Part shown: one piece after another, positions 11,121 to 23,600 of the stretch
Numbering within the stretch: the first letter of the stretch is position 1
Layout of the letters: every line of letters begins with the position of its first letter
Source of the DNA: a virus
Lineage: Duplodnaviria > Caudoviricetes
Length of the DNA: 52,441 nt
IMG/VR virus record: IMGVR_UViG_3300030333_005141
Coordinates: 1-52,441 of that record
Direction: 5' to 3' (one strand)
The notes under the pieces: generated by a model
The model's input: only the letters and a program-made list of their open reading frames with translations
Database searches by the model: none
Told to the model about the DNA's origin: nothing
Position numbers and translations under genes: made by a program

Positions 11121-11458
11121 TGTCACAAATACAAAGAGATGCAAGTGGAAATATTGCAGTTCATTCAACTGCACCATCAAATTTTTTAGCTAATATAAAG
11201 CCTATAGAAATTGATGATCGTTTTAAATTTGAAATACCTATGAATGATGGACCTACAAAATTAGGGGGAATGCTTGGTAAAGCATTTGGTGGTGTAAATG
11301 AATTTTTAAACAAAAAAGGTAGTTTCGGCCCTTTCAAAGAAATGACAATGGGTGATAGATTTAAAAAGCTAGGTCAAGGTTTTATGAAAGCCGCAGCAAG
11401 TAGACCAAAGTATGATAGCTGGAGAGACTATAAACAAAACAATCGCTGGGGCGGTTAA
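11120..11458 (+). CDS. Hypothetical protein, probable internal virion protein
   Basis: Translationally coupled ORF in the ejection cluster; G/K/M-rich amphipathic sequence. Confidence 0.5.
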   Translation: MSQIQRDASGNIAVHSTAPSNFLANIKPIEIDDRFKFEIPMNDGPTKLGGMLGKAFGGVNEFLNKKGSFGPFKEMTMGDRFKKLGQGFMKAAASRPKYDSWRDYKQNNRWGG

Positions 11459-11472
11459 GGAAGGAAATCACA

Positions 11473-12162
11473 ATGTCAAGATCTGATGACGCAATGTTAA
11501 ATAACATTTTTAAAAACTCTACAGTAGGTAATAGATTTGGAGCTGGTGCTAATCGTGACAGTTTATCTTCAGCTTTTAGTAATCCTACATCTCGTTTAAA
11601 CAATTTAGGTTATGTACCATCATCTGCAGGACAAGGGTATCAAGACCATGTAGCAAATAAATCTATATTTACTACACCAGGTTCAGCCTCTTACAATGCT
11701 CAACATAACAATAAATTTCAACAAATGGGTGACCAAAGAGTAAGTTCTGATAGATATGCAAATATCCGTAAATTTAGAAATAACATAGATTTTGAAGATA
11801 AAGAATCTATTAAAGAACTTCAAGGTTATTTAGGTGTTGAACAAGATGGTATGTTTGGACCTAAAACAGAAAGAGCTTGGAGACAAGCGGTAGCTGGTAT
11901 GGATAAAGCTGATGCTATAGAAGCAGGAGCAACTCCAGAACAAGCTGAACAAGAAGTATTAAGATATGACTGGAATGAGAAAGAATTAGCAGATAGAGTT
12001 GCTGGTTCTAGATGGAAATTAGGTGGTAAACTTAAAGAAGCTTGGACAAACTTAGATGAAAAAGTATTCAAAGGAAAACTACCTGGTGGTTATAATCGAG
12101 GTATTTCAGATATGTCTGCTGAAGATTATTATGCAAGTTTAGATAAAGCAGGTACTAAATAG
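11473..12162 (+). CDS. Probable internal virion protein with peptidoglycan-binding-like helical motif
   Basis: IKELQGYLGVEQDGMFGPKTERAW matches the PG_binding_1 pattern (LQxxLG..DGxFGPxT). Confidence 0.6.
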   Translation: MSRSDDAMLNNIFKNSTVGNRFGAGANRDSLSSAFSNPTSRLNNLGYVPSSAGQGYQDHVANKSIFTTPGSASYNAQHNNKFQQMGDQRVSSDRYANIRKFRNNIDFEDKESIKELQGYLGVEQDGMFGPKTERAWRQAVAGMDKADAIEAGATPEQAEQEVLRYDWNEKELADRVAGSRWKLGGKLKEAWTNLDEKVFKGKLPGGYNRGISDMSAEDYYASLDKAGTK

Positions 12163-13472
12163 TGGCTAATTTCGGCACATATGAAGGACACAGAATACAT
12201 GCTGATGCAACTAGCAAGGCTGTAGATACTGTTACTGCTGCATTTGATAGAGCTCAAAGACAAAAGCAATTTGAACAACAACAAGCAAATTGGGAAAAAG
12301 AGCATCAATATAAAATAGATCAAGACAAACTTGACCAAGACTATAGAAATCAACAAACTGCTATTACTAATGCTCAAAACTTAACTAAAAACACAGGTTT
12401 AGTTCATAATGCTTATAAAGATGAACTTACAGGTAAATGGCTTGTAGATAGTACTGGAACAGATTCTTATGATAAGCAAAGAGATCTTATATCAGATAAA
12501 CAGACACAGGTACAGCAAGAAATAGAAAGAATAAAGTCTAGTGGTAAACCAGGAACTTATGAGGATATTCACGGTAATACAGTTCATTATGACCCTGTAG
12601 CAGAAGGTCTTGTTATTGATAATACTCAACATGATTTAACTCAAAAGAAGAAAAAATCAGAAAAAGATTCAGCACTAAAAGACGCTAGAAGTATATATAG
12701 TACTCAAATGATGAGCGAAGACCTAGACCTTGGTAATCTATCTAATCTTTCTAATATGATGGATAGAAGTCAAATTATGACTATGTTAAAAGAAAGTAAT
12801 CCTAATATAGATTGGACTGAAGATGATGTTAATGCAATATTAGCAGATCAAGCTAACTGGGCTCCTGAAGTTAAAAATAAAATAAGACAAAAGTATTCAG
12901 GTATGGATGCTGATTCATTAAATTTAACTTTAACCGAGGACGATAAAATTGCTGTTAGAAATTATGTAAGAAGTGTTATGCCTAATCAAGAATTACCTGC
13001 AGGATTTGATGTAGGACAATGGTTAACAGGTAATGAGAATTTTTTTGATTGGAATAGCGAAGATGGCAAATTGCAAAAAGAAGCCGAAGGTTGGACTTAT
13101 ACTAAAAAATCAGGCGCTGGAGATTATATTAACCCTACAATAGTTTATTCACAAAATGATAATCCAGGTTGGGGCGGTCATATAGAGTTTATTGGTAATA
13201 CAAAAGATCCAAGTGCTGATGATAGAGCAACAAGAAATGTTCTTTTAGATGCTATAAAATTAATGAAGGACCAAGAAGTAGATAGAAATTTATGGGATGC
13301 TTCAGATGATTTTGAGTTAGAAAGAAGTAAAAGTGGCGATAAATGGACTCTTAGAGAAAAAGATATATTTGGCGATGATGAATATGAAGTAAAAGTAATA
13401 GATGGTAAAGCAATGATCAACTGGGAAGGTGATGATTGGATTGAATTAACAGGAGATTTAGATTGGGATTAA
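12162..13472 (+). CDS. Probable internal virion/ejection protein
   Basis: 436 aa, GTG start coupled to the upstream TAG; Q-rich coiled-coil N-terminus, acidic C-terminus. Confidence 0.55.
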   Translation: MANFGTYEGHRIHADATSKAVDTVTAAFDRAQRQKQFEQQQANWEKEHQYKIDQDKLDQDYRNQQTAITNAQNLTKNTGLVHNAYKDELTGKWLVDSTGTDSYDKQRDLISDKQTQVQQEIERIKSSGKPGTYEDIHGNTVHYDPVAEGLVIDNTQHDLTQKKKKSEKDSALKDARSIYSTQMMSEDLDLGNLSNLSNMMDRSQIMTMLKESNPNIDWTEDDVNAILADQANWAPEVKNKIRQKYSGMDADSLNLTLTEDDKIAVRNYVRSVMPNQELPAGFDVGQWLTGNENFFDWNSEDGKLQKEAEGWTYTKKSGAGDYINPTIVYSQNDNPGWGGHIEFIGNTKDPSADDRATRNVLLDAIKLMKDQEVDRNLWDASDDFELERSKSGDKWTLREKDIFGDDEYEVKVIDGKAMINWEGDDWIELTGDLDWD

Positions 13473-13481
13473 GGAGATATA

Positions 13482-14684
13482 ATGGCATTAGGTAATTTAT
13501 CAAATTATGCTGGCCCACAAATTACGCCAGAGGAAAGACAACTTAAAAACGAAAGAAGTAGAGTAAATAGTTTTATTCGTTCTTATGAGCGTAATCCTGA
13601 TACATGGAATCCCTCTATGATTGCTTCTTTAGAAAAATTAGCATTACAATATCAAATACCTTTTAGAAGACATATACCACAAAAAAGTGCACTTCATCAA
13701 GCAGGAGCATTTGTAGGAGGTGCGTTAGATGGTGTTGCATTTGATTTAATCCCAGATAAATGGTATTCTTCTGAAGGTACTCGTGCTGCTAAGAATTGGG
13801 GAAAAGGTGTTGGTGTTGTAGGTAGTGCATTAGTAAGTGGAGGAGCTACCTTAGGAGCCAAAGGTGCTCTTGCTGGTGGAAAGTTATTAGGAAGTAAAGC
13901 GTTAGCCAAAGGTGCCACAGCATTAGGAAGCGGAAAAGGAGTAGCTGGAGGATTGGGTACAGCAGTTTCAAAATATACTCCTTCAGGTATTGCAACTAGA
14001 AAAGGTATAGAAACTGTACAAAAAGTTAAAGGAGCTGCATCAGTTGGTGGTTCTAAAAAACTAGCAGACTCTAAAGCTATTATCGAAGCAGTTAAAAAAG
14101 GTAATATAGGTGATGTTAATACTTTATTAAAAGGTAGAGAGGTAGCTAGAACCTCTATTGATGATGTAATTAAAGTTGTAAATAAAGAGTTTGGTAAAGG
14201 TTCTGCTGCAGCTAATAAAATTATTAAAAATATTAAAGCAAGTTCTCAAACTGGATTAAATCTTGGAAAAGAGAAAATTAAAGGTTTAGTAAATAAAATT
14301 GCTGGACGTTCTGAGTCTGTAACTAAGAGTGTTAATGTTACAGGTAAAGAAATGACTAAATTTATTACCAATGCTGGTAGAAGACAAAAAATGTCTTCAG
14401 CAGAAATTAAAGACCTTCTTAAAGTTATGAAAGACAATAATATTAAAAACTTAGATGAAGCTGCAGATTTTATTTTAAATAGCGGTAAATCTAGTTCAGA
14501 AATATTAAGTAAAGCAATGTCTTGGGCTGACCTTAGGAATATAGACAAATTGGATTTAGCTAAGATAGCTGGAGCTGGGCTTTTAACAACTAGACCACTT
14601 ACAGGTATTGCAGGTAGTGGAGGTATCACACCTAGCCGTGCAGAGTTAGAAGCAGACGACTTAGATATATATAATCCTTACTAA
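13482..14684 (+). CDS. Probable ejection protein with Gly/Ala-rich membrane-interacting segments
   Basis: AAGGAG SD; long G/A/V/L-rich stretch at about aa 75-165; directly upstream of the giant protein and shares an N-terminal motif with it. Confidence 0.6.
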   Translation: MALGNLSNYAGPQITPEERQLKNERSRVNSFIRSYERNPDTWNPSMIASLEKLALQYQIPFRRHIPQKSALHQAGAFVGGALDGVAFDLIPDKWYSSEGTRAAKNWGKGVGVVGSALVSGGATLGAKGALAGGKLLGSKALAKGATALGSGKGVAGGLGTAVSKYTPSGIATRKGIETVQKVKGAASVGGSKKLADSKAIIEAVKKGNIGDVNTLLKGREVARTSIDDVIKVVNKEFGKGSAAANKIIKNIKASSQTGLNLGKEKIKGLVNKIAGRSESVTKSVNVTGKEMTKFITNAGRRQKMSSAEIKDLLKVMKDNNIKNLDEAADFILNSGKSSSEILSKAMSWADLRNIDKLDLAKIAGAGLLTTRPLTGIAGSGGITPSRAELEADDLDIYNPY

Positions 14685-14695
14685 ACGGAGCACAA

Positions 14696-17600
14696 ATGCG
14701 AGACTTACAAGATCTCTCCAGTGTTGTCCCTGAGTTTAAGCCTTTTTACAATCAGGACTCCACGGAGAGATTGTTAAATACATACTATCAAGCCCCTCAT
14801 CTTATTAACGATGATTTATTAAGTCAAATTAAAGACCATGCTGCTCATTATAATATTCCTTTTGAAGAAGAACGTGTTCAAAAAGATTTAGGCAAACAAG
14901 AATTTAATCTATTACGTGGCATAAGGCAAATGGGAGAAGGTTTCTTCTCTGGATTTACCACATTTAATGTAGGCGAACCAAGTAAAAATCCATACGAACG
15001 TATAATGCGTTCTGTTGGTGAATTAGGTGGGTTTGTAGGGTATTTCCCTACAGCTCCACTTAAGGCTTTAACTGCTGCTAAAGTCCTTAAATCTACTGCA
15101 TTACTAGATGCTGCTAGAGCATTAAGAGGTAATTCAGTACCATTATTCTTATCTAGAAAAGCAACAGAAAAGGTTGCTCCAATTGTAAGTAACACACTTA
15201 AAAAAGCTGCTCCAAATATAAAGAATGAAGCAGTCCAAGGTGCTGTTAAGTTTATGACTGATGATAAGCCATCACATATTGCTGAAGGTGCTTTTAATTT
15301 AGGATTAGCATCATCTATTAGTGCTTGGCAATTAGGTGTTAATGAAATGCTTAAAGCTGGTTTACATGGTGGTGTAACAGGTGGTGTATTTAGAGGAGTA
15401 GCAGAAATCTTTAATAAAGGGGGTATTCCTAAAACTGATATACTTACAGGTAAGCAAGTCCTTACAGCATCTCAAAAAGAAGACAAGATTTTACGAGCAG
15501 CAGCGTCATCGCTATATGATGGGTTGCAATCATCATACAGGGGTGATACGACACCAGAACAAATATATCACTACTTATTAGGTGCATACTTTGGTGCTAA
15601 TGAAACTACAGCTGGTCAGGCTAAATATATGAAGCATGTTCAGAAAGTAGAGAAAAAAGCCGCATCAAATGCTAAAGCATTAAAAAGGTTAGATGAAGAT
15701 GGAAAGCCTTATAATTGGGATACCGAAATATATGATCCAGAACTAGCAGATCCAGAAGGTTGGAAAGATTTAACTAAAACTGAACAAGAAGCTGTTTATG
15801 ATTATATATTAGCGAATCATGGAACATATGGCAAACAAGCAATGATGACCCATAGATTAATGCAAGAGGCGGGATTAGAGCCTAATGCTGAACAATTAAA
15901 ATTAATGGGTTCAAATTCTAAAGAACGTTATGAACTTGATGTTGCTATGAACAGAATAAACAAAAAGTTTGAAACCCAAAAAACAGCAGATAGAGCAGAA
16001 TCTATAGGTAGAAAATTTAAAGTTGTACCTGAAGCAGAATTAACTGAAGATTATATTAAAAATCAAGGTGATAGAGGTTATAAAAAAGGTAAACAACAAT
16101 TAGTTATACAAGAAAGGTCTTTAGTTAATATAAGAACTTCTAAAGATAGAGGCCCAACAAACGAAGATGCAGCTATTCCTTTAAAAGGTGCTGAAATAGA
16201 GAAATATAATCAATCTGTTAACTTAGATTTTCCTTTATTTGAGAATGAATTAGGAACATCTGTTAAATATGATGCTAAAAGTAAGAAAGTTATTGATGAT
16301 GGATCTCAAGCAAAAGCTGAATTTCCTTTAGAATTTGCAGATAAAGATATTAATGTTGAATATAAAGGTAAAGACAATAAGGTAATTAAAAGAGATTTTA
16401 AAGACTGGAGTCCTGAATTATATAAAATTAAAGAACAAGTAGAAGAAGCTACAGGATATAATTTTGATCTAGCTCGTATTGATATATTAGATAAAGATGA
16501 TTATACTAAATGGGAGCAAGAAAATGATCCTATTTTCCAAAGAACAGATAAAAGAGGTCCAGTTCAAGCAACAGTTTTAATAGGTGAAGGAAGACCATTA
16601 AATTTAAGACATAAAGATGGTAACAGAAATCAAATAGAATTAAATCCTGGCGACATATTTTTAAGTAAAGGTGTAACCAATGATAATATTAAATTTAAGT
16701 TTGATAAATCAAAAAAAGCTGGACGTACTTATAGAATAACTTTTAAACGTGTAAAAGCTAAGGAAACTCCTAGAGCATTAGGTGAAGGTCAAGTTTTATC
16801 TGATAATATATTAAAACTTTATACTAAAGGAATGAGTGATGATTTCTTAAACTTTAATAAAAAAGCCATAAATACTGCTTTTAAAGTTATGGAAGAAAAA
16901 TTTCCAGATAGTACTGTAGTTGCTCCAGAAAATTTAGGATTACATTTAAAAGATACTGCTCCAGAAACTTATGCTTATTTAATGCAAAAAATACAGAAGT
17001 TAAGAGCTCCTGTAGAAAAGGCTAGACAACAATTAGTTCAAGAAGATATTTTAGATGCTGATTTTGATAAACCTGATTTAGATAATGATATTGGAGTAAT
17101 GGGTGAGGCCGTAATACAGCGAAAAACAAACAAATTTGTTTCAGACTACCTAAGTGGTCAGTATGAAGGAATTGTTGATAAAACCAAGCGTTCTCTAAAG
17201 ATTCAAGAATTAAGAGGTCAATTAAAAGATGTTTTAAAGGAAAATTTTAAAGAATTTGATATAAATAACTCAAATAAGATAGATTCTGACAAATTTATAG
17301 CAGATGTAGAAAAGAAACTTGGTGGAATAAAGTTTGGTGAAGAAGCTAGAGGTGATTTAAGACAATTATTAATGCGTCAAAATCAAACAAAACCTTTACA
17401 AAAATTATCTTTAAATATTGATGCAAAACCAAGCGGGATAGTCAAAAGTGGAGATACTATTATTATAGGTATCCAAAATCCTGATGGTATTTATTCTAAA
17501 AGAAATAAAGCTGGTGTTGATGAGTTTCAATTAGAATCCCCTAAACAAATAGACCATATATGGAAAGAAATTGCTCCAAAAGGAGAAGCTAATGATAATG

Positions 17601-20600
17601 TTTATATGGTTGCAGATAAGGTTATATTTGTTACTAAAAAGGGTGGAAGAGAAATTGAATTACAAGATATAAACAAAAGAACAAATTATACAGGTAGTGC
17701 TAGATGGGATGATGCAGCTGCTGCTAAAGAAGGTTCTAAAATAAAATCTATGCTTTTAGAAGAAGCTCATAATAGAGGTTATTATTTTAATGGTGGTAAA
17801 GGTGATAGTGGAAAAATGTATTTCTTTAAATACCACCCTTCATCTCAAGGATTGACAGCTCCTCAATTAAAAACTAAAGTTGATGGTGTTCTTATTGAAT
17901 ATTACGAAGGATTAAAACAAAGACATATAGATAGTGGTTCAGAAAAACCATATATGAGTTTTAAACAATTTCAAGATCAATACAATGCAATGAAAAAAGA
18001 ATTTGTTGCTGAACATCAACTTAATCCTGCATTAAAATTTTCTACTGGCAGAATAAAAGAAGCAGAAAAATATTTTGATGAAGGTTTTTTATCTAATATT
18101 GCATGGGAAGCTGAATTATATGGTGTTTCTGCAACTAATGAAGGTTTTGCTAGATGGACTGGTTATAACTCTTCTATTAAAGATGCTAAAGGTTTTAACA
18201 AAAGAAACCAAATATGGATGACTGATGGATTTGAGGTTGATAAAAGCTTTTATGTAAACACAGTATCTAATATAATGAAAAATAAAGGGCATGATAATGC
18301 TCGTACTATTGCTGATGGTAAATTAAGATTTAGATTAATAAGAGATGCAGACCCTAAAGATATTGTATTAACAGATAAAGATAAAGCTGAAATATATACT
18401 GAATCAACTGATGGTATGATATTACTTGAAGAAAATCATATGGATGCTTTAAATCTTTCTATGGGTATGCCAAGTTCTGGTCAAAATAAATCGTTTATAG
18501 TAGATAGAGATCCAACTCATGGTGCTTTTTTGGGTAAATTTATGTTTCATAAAGCTAGTCCAGAAGCATCTAAGCATATGCGTGATGAAGGTGTTGAAAT
18601 GTATGTTTTTGATAGCGCAGCAAAAGAAAAAGGTTCAAGAGAATTTGGTGAATTAAAGGTTGATGATAATTTAAATGCAAAATATACTCACCCTACCCCT
18701 AAAGAAGTTGGTCCTTTATTTGAAGGTTCTGGAAAAGGTTATTATGAATTAAATATTGATGCTATCAAAGGTTCATTATCTGAAAAACAAAGTAGCCACA
18801 TGTTAGATGCTCAACTTATTCCTAAACAGGTTATGGCCAATCTTGTTCCTCATGCTCAATCTGAAATAGATAGGGCAGTAATGGATGATTTTTTCAATGA
18901 AACTATAGGTAAAAAATATAAAGGTAATGAACAATATAATGAATCATTTAAAAAAGCTCTTGAAAAAGATGTTCTATCTGAAACAGAGCAAGCAGAATTT
19001 TTAAGTAACTTTAATGATTTAGGTGTTATGGAAGTAATTGATGCTATTAAGAACCCAAATCACCCTGAGTTTGTTACTAAATTATATCAAAAGATTTTAG
19101 ATAAAAATATGAGCGATTTAGGGCTTGAATATGAGTCTGGGCAAGTAGATAGATATACTTATGAACAAGCTCATGCAGAAGCTGCTAATATTAGAACTGG
19201 TATAGATAGAATGATGGATGTTTATCCTTCTGTTGAAATCTTTTTATATAAAGATGTTAGAAACTTTATACAAACTGCAATGAAAAATTTTGTTGTTAAT
19301 AAAGTAATAAGACCTAAATGGGATTATTCAGTTTCAGTTAGAATGAGAGGTTTAGACCCGTGGTTAGCTAAACAAGATAATTTAAAAGATTTAAATATAG
19401 GTAAAGGTTTAATTGAAGATCCAATTACAGGTAAAAAGGTTCAATCTAAAACTTATCTTAGAAATAAATATGGTGTAGAAAATGCTGATGAATTGTTTTT
19501 CTTAGATGATAGATACAAACAAACAACTTGGGATATATCTGAATTTATTACACTTAAAAAGGGTCAAAAAAGTAAAATGACTTTAGAGGAAATATGGGAG
19601 CAGTATGGACCTAGAAGAGATGGGACATATCCTAGTGAAAGAATGAAGGAGTTTTTTAAAACAATATCTATTCGTGTTCCTATGGATTCTATATCTGGTG
19701 CTCATAAACTTACATTTGCTGGATTTACTGGCGTTGATGGTCATGGTGGAATATTTCATCCTAGAACTATGAGAGCATTGGGTGGTGCTGACCTTGATGG
19801 TGATAAAGCATTTGCTTTCTTTGGTATGAAACCTGAATGGAAAGAAATGTATCATAGTAATAAAATGGAATTTGCAAAAAAAGTTCCAGGTACTAATGAT
19901 TTTACTATTAGTGATAATAAAACAGCGGGAGTACCTAAAATAGGATTAGATATTTTAAAAGAAACATTTGCTGCTGATCCATCAAAAGCTGCAGATATGT
20001 TTATTATGGATAAATTAGAAGGTAAAAATACTGAAGAATTGACTTTACAAGACTTATTAACATTTACTACCGCTGGCGATAAAGATGTTATGGCATTAAA
20101 AGCAAGTCCTTTAGGTAAATATACTGTTAGTTCAAGAATGGACATCTCTCAACGTGCAGCAGAAGGTCGTGCTCATTTAGGTCCAGCAGTAAGCTCAAAA
20201 CAAATTTTAAATGCTATGTATAATGCTTTAACTAATAATGATGTTCAAAGATATGTTAATAAAAAAAGTAATTCAGACTCTATTTCTGCAGAAGAATTTG
20301 TTAAGTTAAGTGAAAAAGAACAACAAAAATACAAAGAAGACTATTCAGAAGAATTAACATTCATTCCAGAAGGTCATCAAGAACCAGTTCAAATTAGAAT
20401 TACACCAAGAGAAGATTTAACATATGCTAGAGAACTGCAAAGAGCACAAATTGCATTTGGTTCTGACCCGCTTGATGAATTAGGTTTATCTGGAATAGAT
20501 AGATATTTTGACCTTTCATGGCATAGTATGTTTAAAACAGAAATAGTTGGAGCTGATCCTAAAACGGTTGACCCTAATATTCTAAGAAGTTTTGAACCTC

Positions 20601-23600
20601 ATAAGCATGCTAAGCAAGGATTATATAAAATATTTAAAGATTTTAATAGCGCTTATTTTAGTAAAAATTGGGTAGATGGAAGAAGATGGCATGCTACTGA
20701 AATAGCAGAAATGTCTAGAGCTATTACAAAATTAAATAGTAATCAAATGGATACTATGTTACCTCAAATGGTTAAAATATTAAAAGATATAGATTTTTCT
20801 GATGATATATCATCTAGAATATCTCTTAACAAATTAGATGCATCTTATGATTATCATCAAAAAGAAGTTGTTCCTAGATTACAAGAGCTAAATAACAGAT
20901 TATTAGATGTTGATGGCAATAAAATATCTGGAGGTGTTTTAGGAAGAGGGTATTTAGATGCTAAAGGTGTAGATTGGTCTAAAGGTAAAGGTTTTGCCTC
21001 TCCAAAAAATCCAATTATAGATGTAATGCTTTCTAAAAAACTTTTCGATGTAAATGAACGGTTAAAATATATTTTACCAGAACATAATGGTGCAGTTAAT
21101 TTTGAAAAACTATTTAAAGACAACTTTAAAAAGACTAAAGATTTTTATTGGCAGGCTAACCCTTCGTTTTATAAATCTGAAATATTAAAAAATGGTGGTG
21201 TAGAAAAATATAATGAATATAGAAGGCATGAGCAAGATTTTAGAAGAGAACAAATAGAACAATTATATAGAGATGCAACTGAGTTTATGCAATATAATGC
21301 TATGGATAGAAATTCGGCATTAAGAACAATAGAAGCTTTAGAAGAGTATTATAATGCTGGTGGATCTGCAGAATTTGCTGAACGTATAAGCAAAGAAGTA
21401 GAATATATTAAGCAGGTCGATATGGAAAGTAAGGTACGTAGCATAAAAGAAGAAGTGCTTAATAGTGATGAATATAAGTCTTTAAGTGAAAAAGAACAGA
21501 GAAAAGTATATAACACTTTAGAAGTTAAAGAAAAAACTTCAGGTTTAAGTGATAGAGATGAAATTAATTTGTTAATTAGAAAGTTTAAGTATGCTAACTC
21601 TTGGAAAGCAAAATTTGAACCTAATATGCAAGATCCAGAGAACCCTGGTATGATGACTTTAGCAGAGTCTAAGTTATTTGACACACTTATGTTGTCCTCT
21701 TATTATAGAGGTCCAGGTAATCAGCAATTAGTACAATGGCAAAAATTACCTGCTAATATGAAAAAGTTATTAAGTCCCTATATAAAAACATTAAAATATG
21801 AAAACTCTGGAACTTATTTCCATAAAACGGGTTTAAGTAGCGCCTATATTACAGACGCTTCAATTAAAAACTTTTTAGAAGGATATGCTAATGAATTTAG
21901 AAAAGTATATACTGATCCATCTGAGTCTATTGATGTTGATTTTAAAAAGGTATTGACCACAAAAGAAAAAGAAACTAAAGATGGTGTTGAGGTCCCTAAA
22001 TTACTATACGAAGAGGATTATGTTGGTATGGGGACATTAAGAGAAAAGGCAGTAGCTAAATTAAATAAAGATGAAATTCAATTAGTTGATGAATTGGCTG
22101 GACATATACAACATTATAGAGATAGTTTTAATGAAGGTGGTTTAACTTTAAATAAAATTGCTAGAAAAGTTGTTAAAAAAAATGTAGATGCGATGACAAT
22201 AGATGATTACAGGGTCTTAAATGGATATTTTAGACAAATGAGATCAGGTAATATGTTTATTAGTCCAGGTAAACTAACAGCAGAAGGTGCTGTAAGGTTA
22301 TCTGAAAGGCATCATATGCTGTTTCCTAGAATGGTTTCTGATGAGCAAATTGTAAAAGACTTTAAACTATTTGAAGAAAGAGGTTTGTTCCAAAATTATA
22401 ACGGAGAATGGGTTGAAGGAATGACTGGCAGACCTTCTCATTTTATAGAACATACACAATATGCTATTGGAACTATTCAAGATTACGCTACAAAATTAAA
22501 AGAAGATGAAATTAAAGCGTTTAATGAAAGAGTAAGTGAATTAACAGGTTATGATACAATAGAGAATGGTGATGCCTTTATTGAGGTTGCTACTGCTTTA
22601 AAAGATTATAATTATGTAAGAGACCCTAAAACTACATTTAGATCAGAAAATGATCGTTCAGTAGCTACAGAAGTTGCTGTTAAAAATTTAAAGGAGGCGT
22701 ATGAAAAAGCTGATTGGGAAAATGTCAAGGATACTAAAATTAAAGTCACTGTCAAAGCTGAGCCTGGTCCAAAAGGCCAAGAAATGGGCGGTATCATTGA
22801 AAGGACTGGTAAAGAAATTGTTGCATCAATAGATAAAGTTTTAACAGAACGTTCTATTGAGGTAATGAAATGGATTAAAGGGGACCATTGGGAATATATT
22901 AATGGTCAATGGGTAGAAGGTAACAATCCGTTAAAAAAATTATTTAAAAAAGACAAAGAAGGCAATATACTGTACCATGGTGATTCTAATGAGGTCCCTA
23001 TTATAGATATGCAAAAATTTTCTCGTTTAATGTTTGACCATATGAAAGCTGGAAAACAAATGGATATGAAGCTTGGTATGGATAATATGAGATATATTAA
23101 TAGAAACTTAAGAATTGAAATCTTAAAAGAAGAAGCACAAAGACCAGAATTTACAGAAAAACAAAAAAATGGTATTTTGAAGATAATTAAAAATCTATCT
23201 GATAGGCCTATAGAATCAACAGGTGTGATAGATCATAAGAATTACCATCCTCATATGGTTGAAAATAAAACTTTTGCTAGAGAATCTTTAGTTAAACAAT
23301 TAAATAAATTGATTGAAAAAAGAGATAAAGGTGAAGTAGATGCAGATATATTTGACAAAGAAGCTGCAAGTTTAATACATAGACACAAAACATTAACTGG
23401 TGAATGGTATATTGATGATATAGTAGATAATCAATTGTTTGAGACTGCATTGCAAAAAATCAATGAAAAGAAAATGGATGCTCCAGAAATAAAGCAAATG
23501 CTTAGCTCTCCTACAACTGGAAATATGATGAGTCGTACATCTATGCTTGCGGGATTCAAAAGAGATTTAGGGGCATGGGATGTATATCAAGCTAATTTAA

